A stretch of 64,000 bases of DNA from a virus. Within the stretch, counting starts at the first letter, position 1. Each line of letters begins with the position of its first letter. The position numbers and the translations under genes are program-made. Positions 19,980 through 30,258 of the stretch are shown piece after piece. The DNA is taken from positions 32,001 to 96,000 of the IMG/VR virus record IMGVR_UViG_3300032257_000479, one strand, 5' to 3'. The notes below the pieces were generated by a model that was not told where the DNA came from, made no database searches, and saw nothing but the letters and a program-made list of their open reading frames with translations.

Positions 19980-22900
19980 TTATTCTCGCCTTTTTGTATC
20001 TAATTGAACTTGATATGGATCAAATGACAATCCTCTAATATTCCCAAAAGAATCCTTGTAAAACATCCTCGTTATGCCTGAAGAGCTTATGTATCCAACA
20101 GGCGGCAAATTATCTGAAACAGACATGTTGTCATCGAATGAATTAACAGAGCTTTCTGGATAAGGAAATATTATTGGGCTATCTATATCAACGCCAGATA
20201 TCGATGTCCTTAATTCGTCTGGTATATTTCCGACAATAAATATTGGAGGATGCGTTGTTGTCTCTGCATCCAAATCCGATTGCAAAGAAGTGTTATCTTT
20301 GCTAAACAATGCTTCATTGAAAGTTTTTGCAAATATCATATCATCAACAATATATGCCAAATTCAAATTTCCTGTATCAGAATCATATGTTCCGCCAAGC
20401 TGAGAAACTTCTCTAGCCTCTTGAACTCTAGAGTTCTTGTGAATTAAAACATCATCCTCTTCTACATACACTTCTTCCCACGTTTCTCCTTCATCGTGGC
20501 TTACCCTAACTCGAACAGAACCATTGACAGAATAGACCACAACAAGACCGCCTTTATTGTTCTGAAAGACAAAATAATCTTGTGATGCAAATCCGCCTTC
20601 AAAATCCTCCATATCGCCTTTTAGTATAATTCTAGGTAATAACCCATTTTCTGATCTATTCTTTGATATTTCTATCTGTTCTGTAAGATATGGCTCATTT
20701 ACGCTTCCTATGACAACGCTTAATGCCGTTTGCCTTATATTTACTCCATTATCCGAAAAATGATTAATACCTGATAATGGGTCTGTGTTCTCATTAAATG
20801 AAATGGGTCTCTTGTAAGCTTTAAAGGCATCCTCAACATTAAACAGCGATGGGTCAATTAATTTGTGCATGAGAACATCGTTTATTATAAAAAACAAATG
20901 TATTTTATCTGTTATTTTATTTGAAATAACATATGGTATTTGTATGCTTTCGGTATCAGCAGTTTGAACTACACCCTTATAGTCAACCCAAGTTTCGCCC
21001 TCGTCTGGCGAGAACAAGCATGATATTTCTTTTTGACCGCCTTCGTCAACAGATTCTGGTTGATCTCCGTAATCCCCGTCAGAAGCTCTTTCGTCCTCAT
21101 AAAAAATCAACCAATTACCAGATTGATCAAAACATGTCCCCGAAATACTAGATATAATCTTTGAAACATCATAAGCTTCATCTTTAAAAACTGTTGCCTC
21201 AATGGATGATATTTCAATGTATTTTAGTATTTCTCCGCTAAAGCGAATAACTTCGTCAGAATAGTTTCTTGTGTCAATAACAACTATTTCTTCTTTTGTA
21301 TCTCTATATGGCCCAGCCCAAGGGACAGATATGTTATCAATAACTGATTCTTCATTTGGAAAAATAATAGAAAACAATCTACTTGGAGTATTAAGGAACT
21401 CTGGTTTTATCTTATAAACTATTTTTATACTTTTAGTTTTTTTGCTAGAGAGCCCTGATACTGTTACGGAATCAGAATTTTGACCTTGAGAGAAAATTAG
21501 ATTAATCTTTTCATATGTATCATCTGCCGACGATTTACCCAAAGCTATTCTACCTGTATCAGTAGATATCTCTCTGCCTGAACTATATCCAGGCTGATTG
21601 CCAAGAACCATATCATAACCAATGGAACCTATGTCTTCCTGAACGATGTCTTCAACCCCTGGGACTTCATGAGTTCGACTTGTATCTGATGGGTCATTGT
21701 TTGTGCTATACATTTGTCGCTTAAGGGATGAATCATCGAATTCAAAATACCTTAAAGTTGATTCTCCATCTGCATTATCTTTATTAAATACAAGATACGA
21801 AAACTTATTGTAAGGATGTTCATCTACGCTCATTCTTTGACCGAACGCAGCAGGACTGCTAAATACCCATATACCGCCATCTCTTTCTAATGCAAACTGC
21901 GGCGTAAATCTTTCAACATAAACTCTAGTATTTTCTCCAAAGCTTTCAAAGAAAAAGGGTGTTCGAATAAACATGTCTGCTTGAATTACGCTGTCTACGA
22001 AAAACTTGTTGCAATCTCTAATAAAATAAGCTCCGCCCTCAAGAGATGACATTCTTGTTGTATCAAATTTAGCGCTACTCAAATCGTATGCTTGTCTTCC
22101 TGGTATCCTGTTGGTAATAAGATCAAGGTTTGGGAATCCCACTCCTTTTGTTGAATCTTCTTCATCTATAGTGCTAACGCTTTGCAATGCTGTAGCAAGT
22201 TCTCTTTGGTATCCGTATTTTTCATTATCAAAACAAACAGCATTTACATGATCGCTAACATCAAAAGCGAACCCCCTAAGAACAGTATTCGCTTCTGCAA
22301 GATCAACAAGCTCTCCATCAATATATCCTGGTCTATTTACAGCTATCGTTAAAAGTAGGTTGTCGAACCATTCTTGGTCATTTATTTGACTTCTTGGGAC
22401 TATGGTCTCAAACCTTATATCGCCTACAAGATATCCGGTAACAGCTACTATCCCTCTGTTGTCAGCTATATAAATACCTTTAATATAAGGTTGTTTGATT
22501 TTTGTGTTATTCAGGCATTCAGTTGCTCGCATTGACTCCATGTCTTCAAGTCTTAGCCTTCTCTGTATTTCTTCAACTGTTAAATCTTGATTCGATATAA
22601 CTTCTTCATCTCTTGCTAAATCCCTTAAGTCAGCTCTTATTGGATCATTGCCAGATTGAACGTCGTGCGTCTTTAGAACCTTAAATTGAAACGGCTTAAA
22701 GTTCCAAGCCTTAACCTCATCCTCAGCAATTCTTTCAACAATACTACCCGGAAAAAGAAAGAAAAAAGATCTCGCTAAAATAGCTTGGCGAACAATTCTT
22801 TCGGTTGCCGCTGCATATGTTAAATACAATCTATCCCCAACAATAAGAGGTTCTACTCTGGCTTCTGCGGGATCTTCCGGCAAAGGGTCTCCAGGCTCTC

Positions 22901-23657
22901 TTGTTGATGTTGCTAAAAGATTTTCTGTTAGCTTTATTTCAATGACCCTATCCGTTAAATCATCTTCTCCGTTATTTTGAAAAACATTTGACTCGTCATC
23001 GAATAGATAATTATCTCCTCTAAAATCCATTTTTCTAGAATCAACAACTCTTCTTACAAAAAGGTTTTCTTCTCCAGATGCTTTAAAGTCCTCGAAGTCT
23101 GCAACAACAGCTCCATCATTGTCAACGCTCCAACCTCTTGATGATCCAGATGATGAGGACCCAATATTCTCAGCTTCATCATCAGTAAAAGCTATTGGAG
23201 TTCTAGTTACTCCAAGTACACCTATTATATAATCTCTTACTGTGTAAAGAATAACTCCGTCATTCTCTCTTGCTTCTTCTAGCATAGATTCAGTAACTGT
23301 TATTACTCTATTTAGCCTTGTTTCAGCTTGAGCTAAATGGAATATGAAAGTTGACTTAGTTGGCTCGAAGTCTCCTAGTTGCAATGTTCCAAATGCATCT
23401 CCAAATAAAGCTCCTGATCCTCCGCCAAGAGTTCCAAACAGTCCACCGAGACTCCCTCCAGCCAAATCATTCAAAGTAGTGCCTGACACATCTGATCGAA
23501 CAGAATATTGCATTTCAATAGCTAACCTACTTGCGGGTATAACTCTTACTTCTTCGTCTCTAAATGTTCCTGTTTCTGGTATAAAACCATTAGCAATAAG
23601 ATCCCTATTGCTATAAGCTAAAATTCCCTGTACGAATGGTGCGCATCTAGTTCCCAT
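19980..23657 (-). CDS. Tail protein with Asp-box (BNR/sialidase-like) propeller repeats
   Basis: Two Asp-boxes, FSPDEGETW and VSHDEGETW. Immediately downstream of the tape measure gene. Confidence 0.65.
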   Translation of the reverse strand: MGTRCAPFVQGILAYSNRDLIANGFIPETGTFRDEEVRVIPASRLAIEMQYSVRSDVSGTTLNDLAGGSLGGLFGTLGGGSGALFGDAFGTLQLGDFEPTKSTFIFHLAQAETRLNRVITVTESMLEEARENDGVILYTVRDYIIGVLGVTRTPIAFTDDEAENIGSSSSGSSRGWSVDNDGAVVADFEDFKASGEENLFVRRVVDSRKMDFRGDNYLFDDESNVFQNNGEDDLTDRVIEIKLTENLLATSTREPGDPLPEDPAEARVEPLIVGDRLYLTYAAATERIVRQAILARSFFFLFPGSIVERIAEDEVKAWNFKPFQFKVLKTHDVQSGNDPIRADLRDLARDEEVISNQDLTVEEIQRRLRLEDMESMRATECLNNTKIKQPYIKGIYIADNRGIVAVTGYLVGDIRFETIVPRSQINDQEWFDNLLLTIAVNRPGYIDGELVDLAEANTVLRGFAFDVSDHVNAVCFDNEKYGYQRELATALQSVSTIDEEDSTKGVGFPNLDLITNRIPGRQAYDLSSAKFDTTRMSSLEGGAYFIRDCNKFFVDSVIQADMFIRTPFFFESFGENTRVYVERFTPQFALERDGGIWVFSSPAAFGQRMSVDEHPYNKFSYLVFNKDNADGESTLRYFEFDDSSLKRQMYSTNNDPSDTSRTHEVPGVEDIVQEDIGSIGYDMVLGNQPGYSSGREISTDTGRIALGKSSADDTYEKINLIFSQGQNSDSVTVSGLSSKKTKSIKIVYKIKPEFLNTPSRLFSIIFPNEESVIDNISVPWAGPYRDTKEEIVVIDTRNYSDEVIRFSGEILKYIEISSIEATVFKDEAYDVSKIISSISGTCFDQSGNWLIFYEDERASDGDYGDQPESVDEGGQKEISCLFSPDEGETWVDYKGVVQTADTESIQIPYVISNKITDKIHLFFIINDVLMHKLIDPSLFNVEDAFKAYKRPISFNENTDPLSGINHFSDNGVNIRQTALSVVIGSVNEPYLTEQIEISKNRSENGLLPRIILKGDMEDFEGGFASQDYFVFQNNKGGLVVVYSVNGSVRVRVSHDEGETWEEVYVEEDDVLIHKNSRVQEAREVSQLGGTYDSDTGNLNLAYIVDDMIFAKTFNEALFSKDNTSLQSDLDAETTTHPPIFIVGNIPDELRTSISGVDIDSPIIFPYPESSVNSFDDNMSVSDNLPPVGYISSSGITRMFYKDSFGNIRGLSFDPYQVQLDTKRRE

Positions 23658-23663
23658 AAATAC

Positions 23664-23671
23664 TTATCGCC
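23664..23671 (-). promoter_or_regulatory. Late-promoter-like motif GGCGATAA; its C lies 12 nt before the ATG (possibly leaderless)
   Basis: One of 12 intergenic NNCGAWWW copies. No SD between the motif and the ATG at 23657. Confidence 0.55.
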
Positions 23672-23680
23672 AATTGGGTA

Positions 23681-26600
23681 TTATCCCATTTCTCTAAGAT
23701 TGCTCATAATTTGATCTTCTGAAATACCCAAAGCTTTTATTACTAGCCCGCTAAACTCTTTGGCCATAGCATTTACTAATTCTGTTCTTTCTCCGCCAGA
23801 AAAACCAACTTCCGTATTAGAGGATGAGGCAAACGAAGGCTTTGGTGAGGTTGGGTGCAATTCTTCTAATACTTTTCCTGGAATAACGCTGCTTTTCTTA
23901 GAGCTGGACCCACCACTTGGAACAACAGGTGATCCGCTACTTGGAGAATTGCTTATCATATCCTGAAGCTCTGATGTTCCATACCTTTGATCTTTCATGG
24001 CTGCGGCCATGTTTGAAAAGAATCTACCTGATTTGTCCTGCCATATTTGCATAAGACTAGAGCCAGCAGAGCTAACCCTTTCTCCGATGTCATCAGCAAC
24101 ATGGTCAAATGAAGCTAAAGGGTTACTTGATGTTATAAGATTATTAACTTCATCTGAAGCTCCAAATCTGCTTCCATTTGACATGATTCCGCCTGCGGTA
24201 TATCTTTCGCTAGAAGTAAGTCCTCTCCCCATTGCACCGCTTCGCAGACCAACAACCCTATTGTTTGTGCCTGCAGCAAGTTGACCAAGATTCTTATTTT
24301 GATCAATGGTTATTTGAGTAAACATTCCGGCTCCGGTCGTCATAGCTGCAATTGCATCAATATAGCCATCCCTCATAACCTTAGTTAGTTCAGCCTGTTT
24401 TGTCATCGCTTGAGTTCGTTCTGTTACCAACCCATTAACCTTCATTTCCATTTGAACTTTTTGGGCCAAAGCTGCATTTAGAGCATCTTCATTTCCGTCT
24501 TTTTTAGCCTTCTCTATAGCTTTGTTGGCTTGAGATAACTGTCCTTGAGCAGAAGTTATCATATTTTCTATTGCAACAATTTCAGATTGTATTGCTTGAA
24601 CGTTTTCCATTCTCATTTGAGCTGAAACAGAAACACCGGCAGCAAGATTTGATGCTAGTGCAATGTCTGCTTCTATTCTAGCGCTATTTGATTTCGCTAA
24701 ATCCTGAGCGCCTCGGCCTGACTCTACTATCATTTCTGAAATTTCAGCATAACCAGCAAGAGCTTGATTTTGTTCTGCTTTTGCTTTAGCTAACATCGTT
24801 TCTAGCATTAAGGCCATTTCGCCTCTACCAGTAGTTTCGCTTAATTTTTGAAGTTGTTCCTCAGAAAGACTCTTGCCTATGGATGCGTCCAACTGATTAA
24901 ATACATCTTCTGAATTTCCCGTCTCAAAACTAATATTTTTAGTAAAATCTTCATCCGTTATTCTCTTTATTGCATCATATTTTCTTTGAGCAGCAAGAAC
25001 TTTATCATCTTGAGCAGCAAAAGCTCCACCGCTAGCCTCAGCAAGACCGGCAGCTCCACCCTGACCTGCTGTTAATTTCACAATACCTGCAATAGATCTA
25101 AGCTTATCAATAGAGGCATCATAATTTGCATTTATCGATTGAACATAAGCTTCAACTAGAGCTAGCTTACTTGTTACATTTAATAACTCTCTATTTTGTT
25201 CTTTTAAAGCCAATGATTTTTCTGAAAGAGCCTGCATTTCTTTTAGCGAATCATTTATTTCATCTGCTTGCCCTTTTATTTTGGCTATCTTTTCATCTGA
25301 TTCTCCGAAAAGGTTTCCTACTTTTGTGTTACCAAAAATGCCTCTCCATGCATTTGCATTTTTCCCCTCAAGATCTCCTGCTTTATTTTGAAGATTATTT
25401 TTATCTTGTATGGCTTGAAAATATTGCCCTTGTTGTGCTGTTTCTGCATTTGCGATCATTTTATCATAATGATCATTCATCTTCTTTCTATTTTTCATCA
25501 TAGAATCAGATACATAATAAAGCGATTGCCCCAACGTTTTCGCTGATGCCATAATAGCGCCGGAAGCTCCACCTATGGCAGCTCCAACCGCTGTTCCTAT
25601 TCCGGGTGCAATAAATGTACCAATGGCTGCTCCGACTCCGGCCCCAACCAAAGCTGAACCAGCAATATTGCCCCCTCTTTTAAGAGCATCACCTGCTGGA
25701 CCGGATCTGTCCAGGCTTTTTGCGCTTGCAAAATGATTTTGCCCCAAATTGGTTGCATAATTTGCTGCCATCGCTGTACCGCCAATGACCATACCTGCTC
25801 CAAGGGCCTTACTTCCAACATTTGCTAACCTTCCAGCTCTTCCAACTTTGCCCGCTTTTCCTGCTCCCATTAAAACAGGGGAAGTTCCATTTAAAGGCAT
25901 ACCGCCAACAACGTAGACATATGTTGGATTCGCCATATGGCTTCCATGATCTTGCATCATAGATGCAACAGAGCCAAGCTTACCTCCCCGATGCCCACCT
26001 GACATACCTGTTGCAAGATTTGCTATTGATACAGCGGCATTTACTGTTCCCACACTAGCAACAATTGCTGCCATTGCTCCAGCGGTAGTTAAAGCAATTG
26101 CAGCCCATCGCTCAAGTTTGTCTCCACCTTCTTTTAAGAAATCATTTATCTTAGATATAGTTGGAGTTAACATTTTGGCAACTCTAAATGTTATGTCTTC
26201 CCATAGAACTTTCAAATCATTTAATATTTGTACTTGTTTTTTTCTTTCCTCTAAAGCTTTCTTTTGAGCAGGAGAAGTGTTCTCTAAAGCTGCTATTGCT
26301 TCAAGTTGAGTTTTAAAATCTCCTATAGATATTTTACCAGAAAGTGAGGCTGCATACAACAGTTCTTTACTTGTTTTTCTCGCATTTACAGCAGCTTTAG
26401 CCGTTTGACTTGACATCCCTATATTAAAAAGCTCTTGATAAATAGGTATCACTTGACCAACCGAAGCCGCATTTTGCACCATCTCTTGCATTGCCTCAGA
26501 ATTTGAGCCAACAATAGAGTATAAAGTGTCCATGACTTTTACCATTTTATTAGGATTCTGATAATTGAATCCTTTTTCAAATGTAGACTGAAGTTTTATC

Positions 26601-26998
26601 GCTTCTTGTCTGGTGAAACCAAAACTATCTTTTATTCTTAATATTCTTTTCTCTACTTGAAAAATGCTTTCGCCATATTTAGAAAACTGAATACTTGATT
26701 TCAATAGCTCTTTATTGTAGTTTGCCAGTTCTTTTTGAGAAGTGTTTATCCCAAGGTTGTTAAAGACTTGCTGAACGCCATAGCTAATAGCTGCAAATTT
26801 TGTTGCAGAATCTAGGACGGACTTAAATCCAGTACCAAGATATCGAAGACTTTTTCCTGAAGCTCTTGTTGCTCTATCTAGTCCTGTTAATGAGTTATCT
26901 ACGGACTCAATTGCGCTAGCCGCGGACTCTGCTCCCGTAGTTGAAATCTCAATTCCAACCTTTCTTTGGAGCGCATTTATTTCTCTCTCATTAGCCAT
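23681..26998 (-). CDS. Tail tape measure protein
   Basis: 1105 aa, Ala/Gly/Lys-rich and helical, with hydrophobic Gly-rich segments (GAGVGAAIGTFIAPGIGTAVGAAIGG). Follows the tail tube and the frameshifted chaperones. Confidence 0.85.
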   Translation of the reverse strand: MANEREINALQRKVGIEISTTGAESAASAIESVDNSLTGLDRATRASGKSLRYLGTGFKSVLDSATKFAAISYGVQQVFNNLGINTSQKELANYNKELLKSSIQFSKYGESIFQVEKRILRIKDSFGFTRQEAIKLQSTFEKGFNYQNPNKMVKVMDTLYSIVGSNSEAMQEMVQNAASVGQVIPIYQELFNIGMSSQTAKAAVNARKTSKELLYAASLSGKISIGDFKTQLEAIAALENTSPAQKKALEERKKQVQILNDLKVLWEDITFRVAKMLTPTISKINDFLKEGGDKLERWAAIALTTAGAMAAIVASVGTVNAAVSIANLATGMSGGHRGGKLGSVASMMQDHGSHMANPTYVYVVGGMPLNGTSPVLMGAGKAGKVGRAGRLANVGSKALGAGMVIGGTAMAANYATNLGQNHFASAKSLDRSGPAGDALKRGGNIAGSALVGAGVGAAIGTFIAPGIGTAVGAAIGGASGAIMASAKTLGQSLYYVSDSMMKNRKKMNDHYDKMIANAETAQQGQYFQAIQDKNNLQNKAGDLEGKNANAWRGIFGNTKVGNLFGESDEKIAKIKGQADEINDSLKEMQALSEKSLALKEQNRELLNVTSKLALVEAYVQSINANYDASIDKLRSIAGIVKLTAGQGGAAGLAEASGGAFAAQDDKVLAAQRKYDAIKRITDEDFTKNISFETGNSEDVFNQLDASIGKSLSEEQLQKLSETTGRGEMALMLETMLAKAKAEQNQALAGYAEISEMIVESGRGAQDLAKSNSARIEADIALASNLAAGVSVSAQMRMENVQAIQSEIVAIENMITSAQGQLSQANKAIEKAKKDGNEDALNAALAQKVQMEMKVNGLVTERTQAMTKQAELTKVMRDGYIDAIAAMTTGAGMFTQITIDQNKNLGQLAAGTNNRVVGLRSGAMGRGLTSSERYTAGGIMSNGSRFGASDEVNNLITSSNPLASFDHVADDIGERVSSAGSSLMQIWQDKSGRFFSNMAAAMKDQRYGTSELQDMISNSPSSGSPVVPSGGSSSKKSSVIPGKVLEELHPTSPKPSFASSSNTEVGFSGGERTELVNAMAKEFSGLVIKALGISEDQIMSNLREMG

Positions 26999-27035
26999 AT
27001 TTTCTCATGTATATAGGGGGTGCTGTATACATACT

Positions 27036-27062
27036 ATTTCGTCAAATAGGCTAATTACCCTT
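27036..27062 (-). promoter_or_regulatory. Bipartite late-promoter-like motif AAGG-N17-CGAAAT upstream of the tape measure gene
   Basis: - strand reads TAAAGGGTAATTAGCCTATTTGACGAAAT. Confidence 0.55.
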
Positions 27063-27083
27063 TAATTACATTATTTTTACGCG

Positions 27084-27105
27084 AAAAAAAAGGCGACTAG
27101 CCTTT
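27084..27105 (-). terminator. Rho-independent terminator
   Basis: - strand AAAGGC-TAGTC-GCCTTT followed by a T run, downstream of the membrane-protein gene. Confidence 0.6.
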
Positions 27106-27131
27106 GGTTTAAAAATTGATTGTCTTAAGAT

Positions 27132-27380
27132 TTAAACGTTTACGATCATCCAGACTCCCATGATTAACATGATTACCGTAAATGTTCCAATAGCGGCAGG
27201 TCCAGCTATATCATCATCACCCATTAGTATTGCAACAAAAACGCTTATAAGGAAATCAACTATGATTGCAATAGTGGTAACAAATATGGCCCCTATTACA
27301 TTTCCGTCTGGTATAGATAAGGCCGAAAAGAACACCATAAGAATACCAGCTAACATCGCTCCTAGAATAACAAAAGCCAT
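27132..27380 (-). CDS. Small membrane protein with three hydrophobic segments (moron-like)
   Basis: 82 aa, almost wholly hydrophobic. AAAAGGAG RBS, its own TATAAT and a terminator. Confidence 0.8.
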   Translation of the reverse strand: MAFVILGAMLAGILMVFFSALSIPDGNVIGAIFVTTIAIIVDFLISVFVAILMGDDDIAGPAAIGTFTVIMLIMGVWMIVNV

Positions 27381-27413
27381 TATCGTCTCCTTTTATGTGA
27401 CGCATTGACCTGC

Positions 27414-27419
27414 ATTATA
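27414..27419 (-). promoter_or_regulatory. Sigma70-type -10 element (TATAAT)
   Basis: Perfect TATAAT 33 nt upstream of the ATG at 27380. The -35 match is poor. Confidence 0.4.
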
Positions 27420-27455
27420 CACTGGTTTTACTTCACTTTCGGTGAAAAAGTTACA

Positions 27456-27920
27456 TTATTCTGAATCTTTATTGATTTTTAGGTCTTTTTTATTCGAATT
27501 TGCTTCATCTTCTTCGTACAATCCCTCTTCAACTCCCAATTCTCTCTCTAGGGCCATAGAAAGAACGACTGCAAATGTTGGAGAAAAGTCAGCAACGATA
27601 TCTGGACTAATCTCAACATCATTCCCATTTTCGTCTTTTATGTCCCAAGATTTCAAAAGCATTTCCATTCTTCTGTACCGGATTTCGTTAAAAGCTAAAT
27701 CCATTCCGCCCTCATTGTTCATTCGTATACCAAGATCTAACAACATCGTTGAATCTCTAAAATTTGGTTTTCGAAAAACTACTCGATACTTTTCTTTAGA
27801 CAAAAGCTCCTTTGGTTCATCAGATTCTTCTGTCCAGTATCTTGATATTTTTTTATGATCTTCACCGACCCAAATATCAACATTAATTGTTTCTTCTTTA
27901 TTTACAAATATGCTTCCCAT
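27456..27920 (-). CDS. Tail assembly chaperone paralog
   Basis: LKSWDIKDENGNDVEISPDIVADF resembles LNSWDVTDGAGNPVPPTIENIGML of 28155..28628. Confidence 0.7.
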   Translation of the reverse strand: MGSIFVNKEETINVDIWVGEDHKKISRYWTEESDEPKELLSKEKYRVVFRKPNFRDSTMLLDLGIRMNNEGGMDLAFNEIRYRRMEMLLKSWDIKDENGNDVEISPDIVADFSPTFAVVLSMALERELGVEEGLYEEDEANSNKKDLKINKDSE

Positions 27921-27945
27921 TTAATTACCTTTCTTTTTACCCGAA

Positions 27946-28161
27946 CTATAATATGCTCGATTTCATTTGTTTAGCTTTTACTCTATGCTCGATTATCAAT
28001 GTGCTCATATGTTCATCGAACGTTTTTGGGTCAAGTGCTCTTATGTATTCGAGATTCCATCCATACGCCTTTGCTAGCATGTGTTCACATGTAGAATCCG
28101 GTAACTCTCTGTGATCCATTAATGATCCAGAGTAAAGATCGCTAGCAGCCCGGATTACTCT
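27946..28161 (-). CDS. -1 frameshift extension (gpGT-like) of the tail assembly chaperone
   Basis: Slippery GAA AAA AAA GAG TAA at the end of 28155..28628. The -1 frame is open for 71 codons (RVIRAASDLYSGSLMDHRELPDSTCEHMLAKAYGWNLEYIRALDPKTFDEHM...) to TAG at 27946. Confidence 0.8.
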   Translation of the reverse strand, partial: RVIRAASDLYSGSLMDHRELPDSTCEHMLAKAYGWNLEYIRALDPKTFDEHMSTLIIEHRVKAKQMKSSIL

Positions 28162-28628
28162 TTTTTTTCTTCATCGTCTACCGATAAAGCTTCATCATAA
28201 CTTTCTATCAATGACCTTGCTATGTTTGATGGCAACATGCCTATGTTCTCTATAGTAGGAGGAACAGGATTTCCTGCTCCGTCTGTTACATCCCAACTAT
28301 TCAAACAGAAAGCAAAAACATTTTGCTGATAAGCAGACCAATCAAGCTCAGATGTTCCTGAGACCTTATTGTATGTCATAGATTGCTTTAATAGGGAGTT
28401 ATTCGTTTGCCATGTTTGAGGCTTCCATTTTGTTTTAATGGACCCCAATTCGCTTTCTAATTTCTCTCCTGCCTCTACTCTCTTTTCTTCTTCCTTAATT
28501 ATTTTTTCTGCTTCTTTTTCGTCAACAATAGAGAATTGACGATTCCCATACTTATTTTTCTTCTCTCGATAATGTAAAACAATCGTAATAAGATTATCTT
28601 CACCATCCAATAGTAATTGACTAGCCAT
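28155..28628 (-). CDS. Tail assembly chaperone (gpG-like)
   Basis: Directly after the tail tube gene. Has an SWDVTD..G motif and a terminal A8 slippery site. Confidence 0.8.
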   Translation of the reverse strand: MASQLLLDGEDNLITIVLHYREKKNKYGNRQFSIVDEKEAEKIIKEEEKRVEAGEKLESELGSIKTKWKPQTWQTNNSLLKQSMTYNKVSGTSELDWSAYQQNVFAFCLNSWDVTDGAGNPVPPTIENIGMLPSNIARSLIESYDEALSVDDEEKKE

Positions 28629-28693
28629 TCATTTCTCCTTATGACGTACATGATAAATTCTTCCAATAAGGAAGATTTATCACTTATAATTAA

Positions 28694-28701
28694 ATATCGG
28701 C
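28694..28701 (-). promoter_or_regulatory. Late-promoter-like motif GCCGATAT
   Basis: Intergenic, upstream of the chaperone gene. One mismatch to the sigma28 -10 consensus GCCGATAA. Confidence 0.5.
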
Positions 28702-28731
28702 AATATTATTAATAAAATACTTTAAAACGAA

Positions 28732-29787
28732 TTAATCGTCTGGGTTCCAGTTTGGGAAGCCGGTAGATGTTCTGCCCCCAAATACGCCAGGAGTGAACTG
28801 TCCATCAGGTAATGGTGCTGTATTACCTATTTCTGTGGCCTCAAACCCGTTATCACAATCGCCAAGAGCTGTAAACGTAACAGTTGTCTCAATAAGCTCA
28901 TTGCTGATAGCGATCTCTTCAATATTGAAAATAACGCCATGAAGAGCAGTAGTAAACGCAACCGCTCCAGCTCCGCCCAAAGAATATCCAAAAGCTATTC
29001 TAGCAGTTGAAGTGAATCTGTCTTGGTTGTTGTATGCCAATTCAGAAAGACCTGGATGGCGACCCATCAGAGTCATTGACCCGCTAATCTCTCTTTTCTT
29101 CGCTGTAATATCTTGAGGAGCAAGCCTATTATTCAAAGTAAAGAATCTTTCTGCATTATTGTTAATTGTAACCTCGAAGCTTCTAAGCCAATCGCCTCGT
29201 ATTTGCTCTAATTCTCCATCATCTCCATAGACTCTAACAAGGAAGTCATTCCATGTTACAACTCTAGCTGGAGAAAGAAAATCTGGCTCAATATTAGGTG
29301 ATGGTTGACGAACATCATCTTCTGAATTTGCTCCGCCAATAATATCCAAACTAACGTTTACGACATCCGATTGCGTAACGCTAATCGTCATAGAATTAAC
29401 AATACATGCTGGATACATAAATGCTGTATCATCAGTATATCTAACCTGAGTATCAAACTGATTAATAAGACGACCGAATGCATCTCTTTTTGTTGCTATT
29501 TCCCAAAAAGTTGCGCCAAGTGTTTTGTCTGTAAGTTGATCACAAGTTCGACCTGATGCAACTGTTCCGCCTTCGTGAACAAGAGGGAAAGAAATATTAC
29601 CCTCTACAATACGAGGACCCAACTGGTAAAGAGTCCTATCTATTTTTCCATCAACTACATCTGGGTAGGTGATATCCTGAGAAGCTTTCACATCAGCGCT
29701 AGTAGCTCTGACTCGAATGTTCCCGCCAGTAGTTCCAAGTAGTGTGACACTACCAACATATCCAATTTTTGCTTGCGGATTAGGCAT
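28732..29787 (-). CDS. Major tail tube protein
   Basis: 351 aa. Tube-like motifs (GPRIVEGNISF, CIVNSMTISV, LRSFEVTINNN, KREISGSMTL). Strong GAGGAG RBS. Positioned before the chaperones. Confidence 0.8.
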   Translation of the reverse strand: MPNPQAKIGYVGSVTLLGTTGGNIRVRATSADVKASQDITYPDVVDGKIDRTLYQLGPRIVEGNISFPLVHEGGTVASGRTCDQLTDKTLGATFWEIATKRDAFGRLINQFDTQVRYTDDTAFMYPACIVNSMTISVTQSDVVNVSLDIIGGANSEDDVRQPSPNIEPDFLSPARVVTWNDFLVRVYGDDGELEQIRGDWLRSFEVTINNNAERFFTLNNRLAPQDITAKKREISGSMTLMGRHPGLSELAYNNQDRFTSTARIAFGYSLGGAGAVAFTTALHGVIFNIEEIAISNELIETTVTFTALGDCDNGFEATEIGNTAPLPDGQFTPGVFGGRTSTGFPNWNPDD

Positions 29788-29839
29788 TTGCGATAACTCC
29801 TCGTTACTTAATTAATATTAATTCTCTATCTAACAATTG

Positions 29840-30211
29840 TTAGGCGATGTTACCAGCAGTAATATCGTGTCCAACAGCGGCGCTTAGGTCTGCCCATGCC
29901 TGAGGAACGGTAACGCCCTCGTCTGTCAAATAAAGGTCAACAGAAGCGTAACTACTTCTATTGAGAACATGATTGTTCAATCGACGTACCGCCGAAAGGA
30001 AGCTAACAGGTGATTGGAATAGGTCCGCATTAATCTGGTAACTATTGAAAAACTCTGTTAAAAGGTCAACTTCTGGTTCAATCTCGTTGAGCTGAACAAT
30101 CGTGTAGACGGCCTCAAAGAGAAAGCCAACAGACGAAAGCACAGCGTTTCGAGCATTTGCGTAACTCGTCGCAATCGTAGCGTAGTCTGCTCCGTTGATT
30201 ACATTTGCCAT
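29840..30211 (-). CDS. Hypothetical virion protein
   Basis: 123 aa, GAGGAG RBS, first gene after a promoter motif. Confidence 0.6.
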   Translation of the reverse strand: MANVINGADYATIATSYANARNAVLSSVGFLFEAVYTIVQLNEIEPEVDLLTEFFNSYQINADLFQSPVSFLSAVRRLNNHVLNRSSYASVDLYLTDEGVTVPQAWADLSAAVGHDITAGNIA

Positions 30212-30258
30212 ATTATCTATCTCCTCAAAGTTCTAAGAACTGCTGTATATACTTCATT

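Noticed and set aside
27456-27500. Second programmed frameshift at AAT AAA AAA GAC in the chaperone paralog
   Set aside because: The -1 frame reaches TAA within about four codons.
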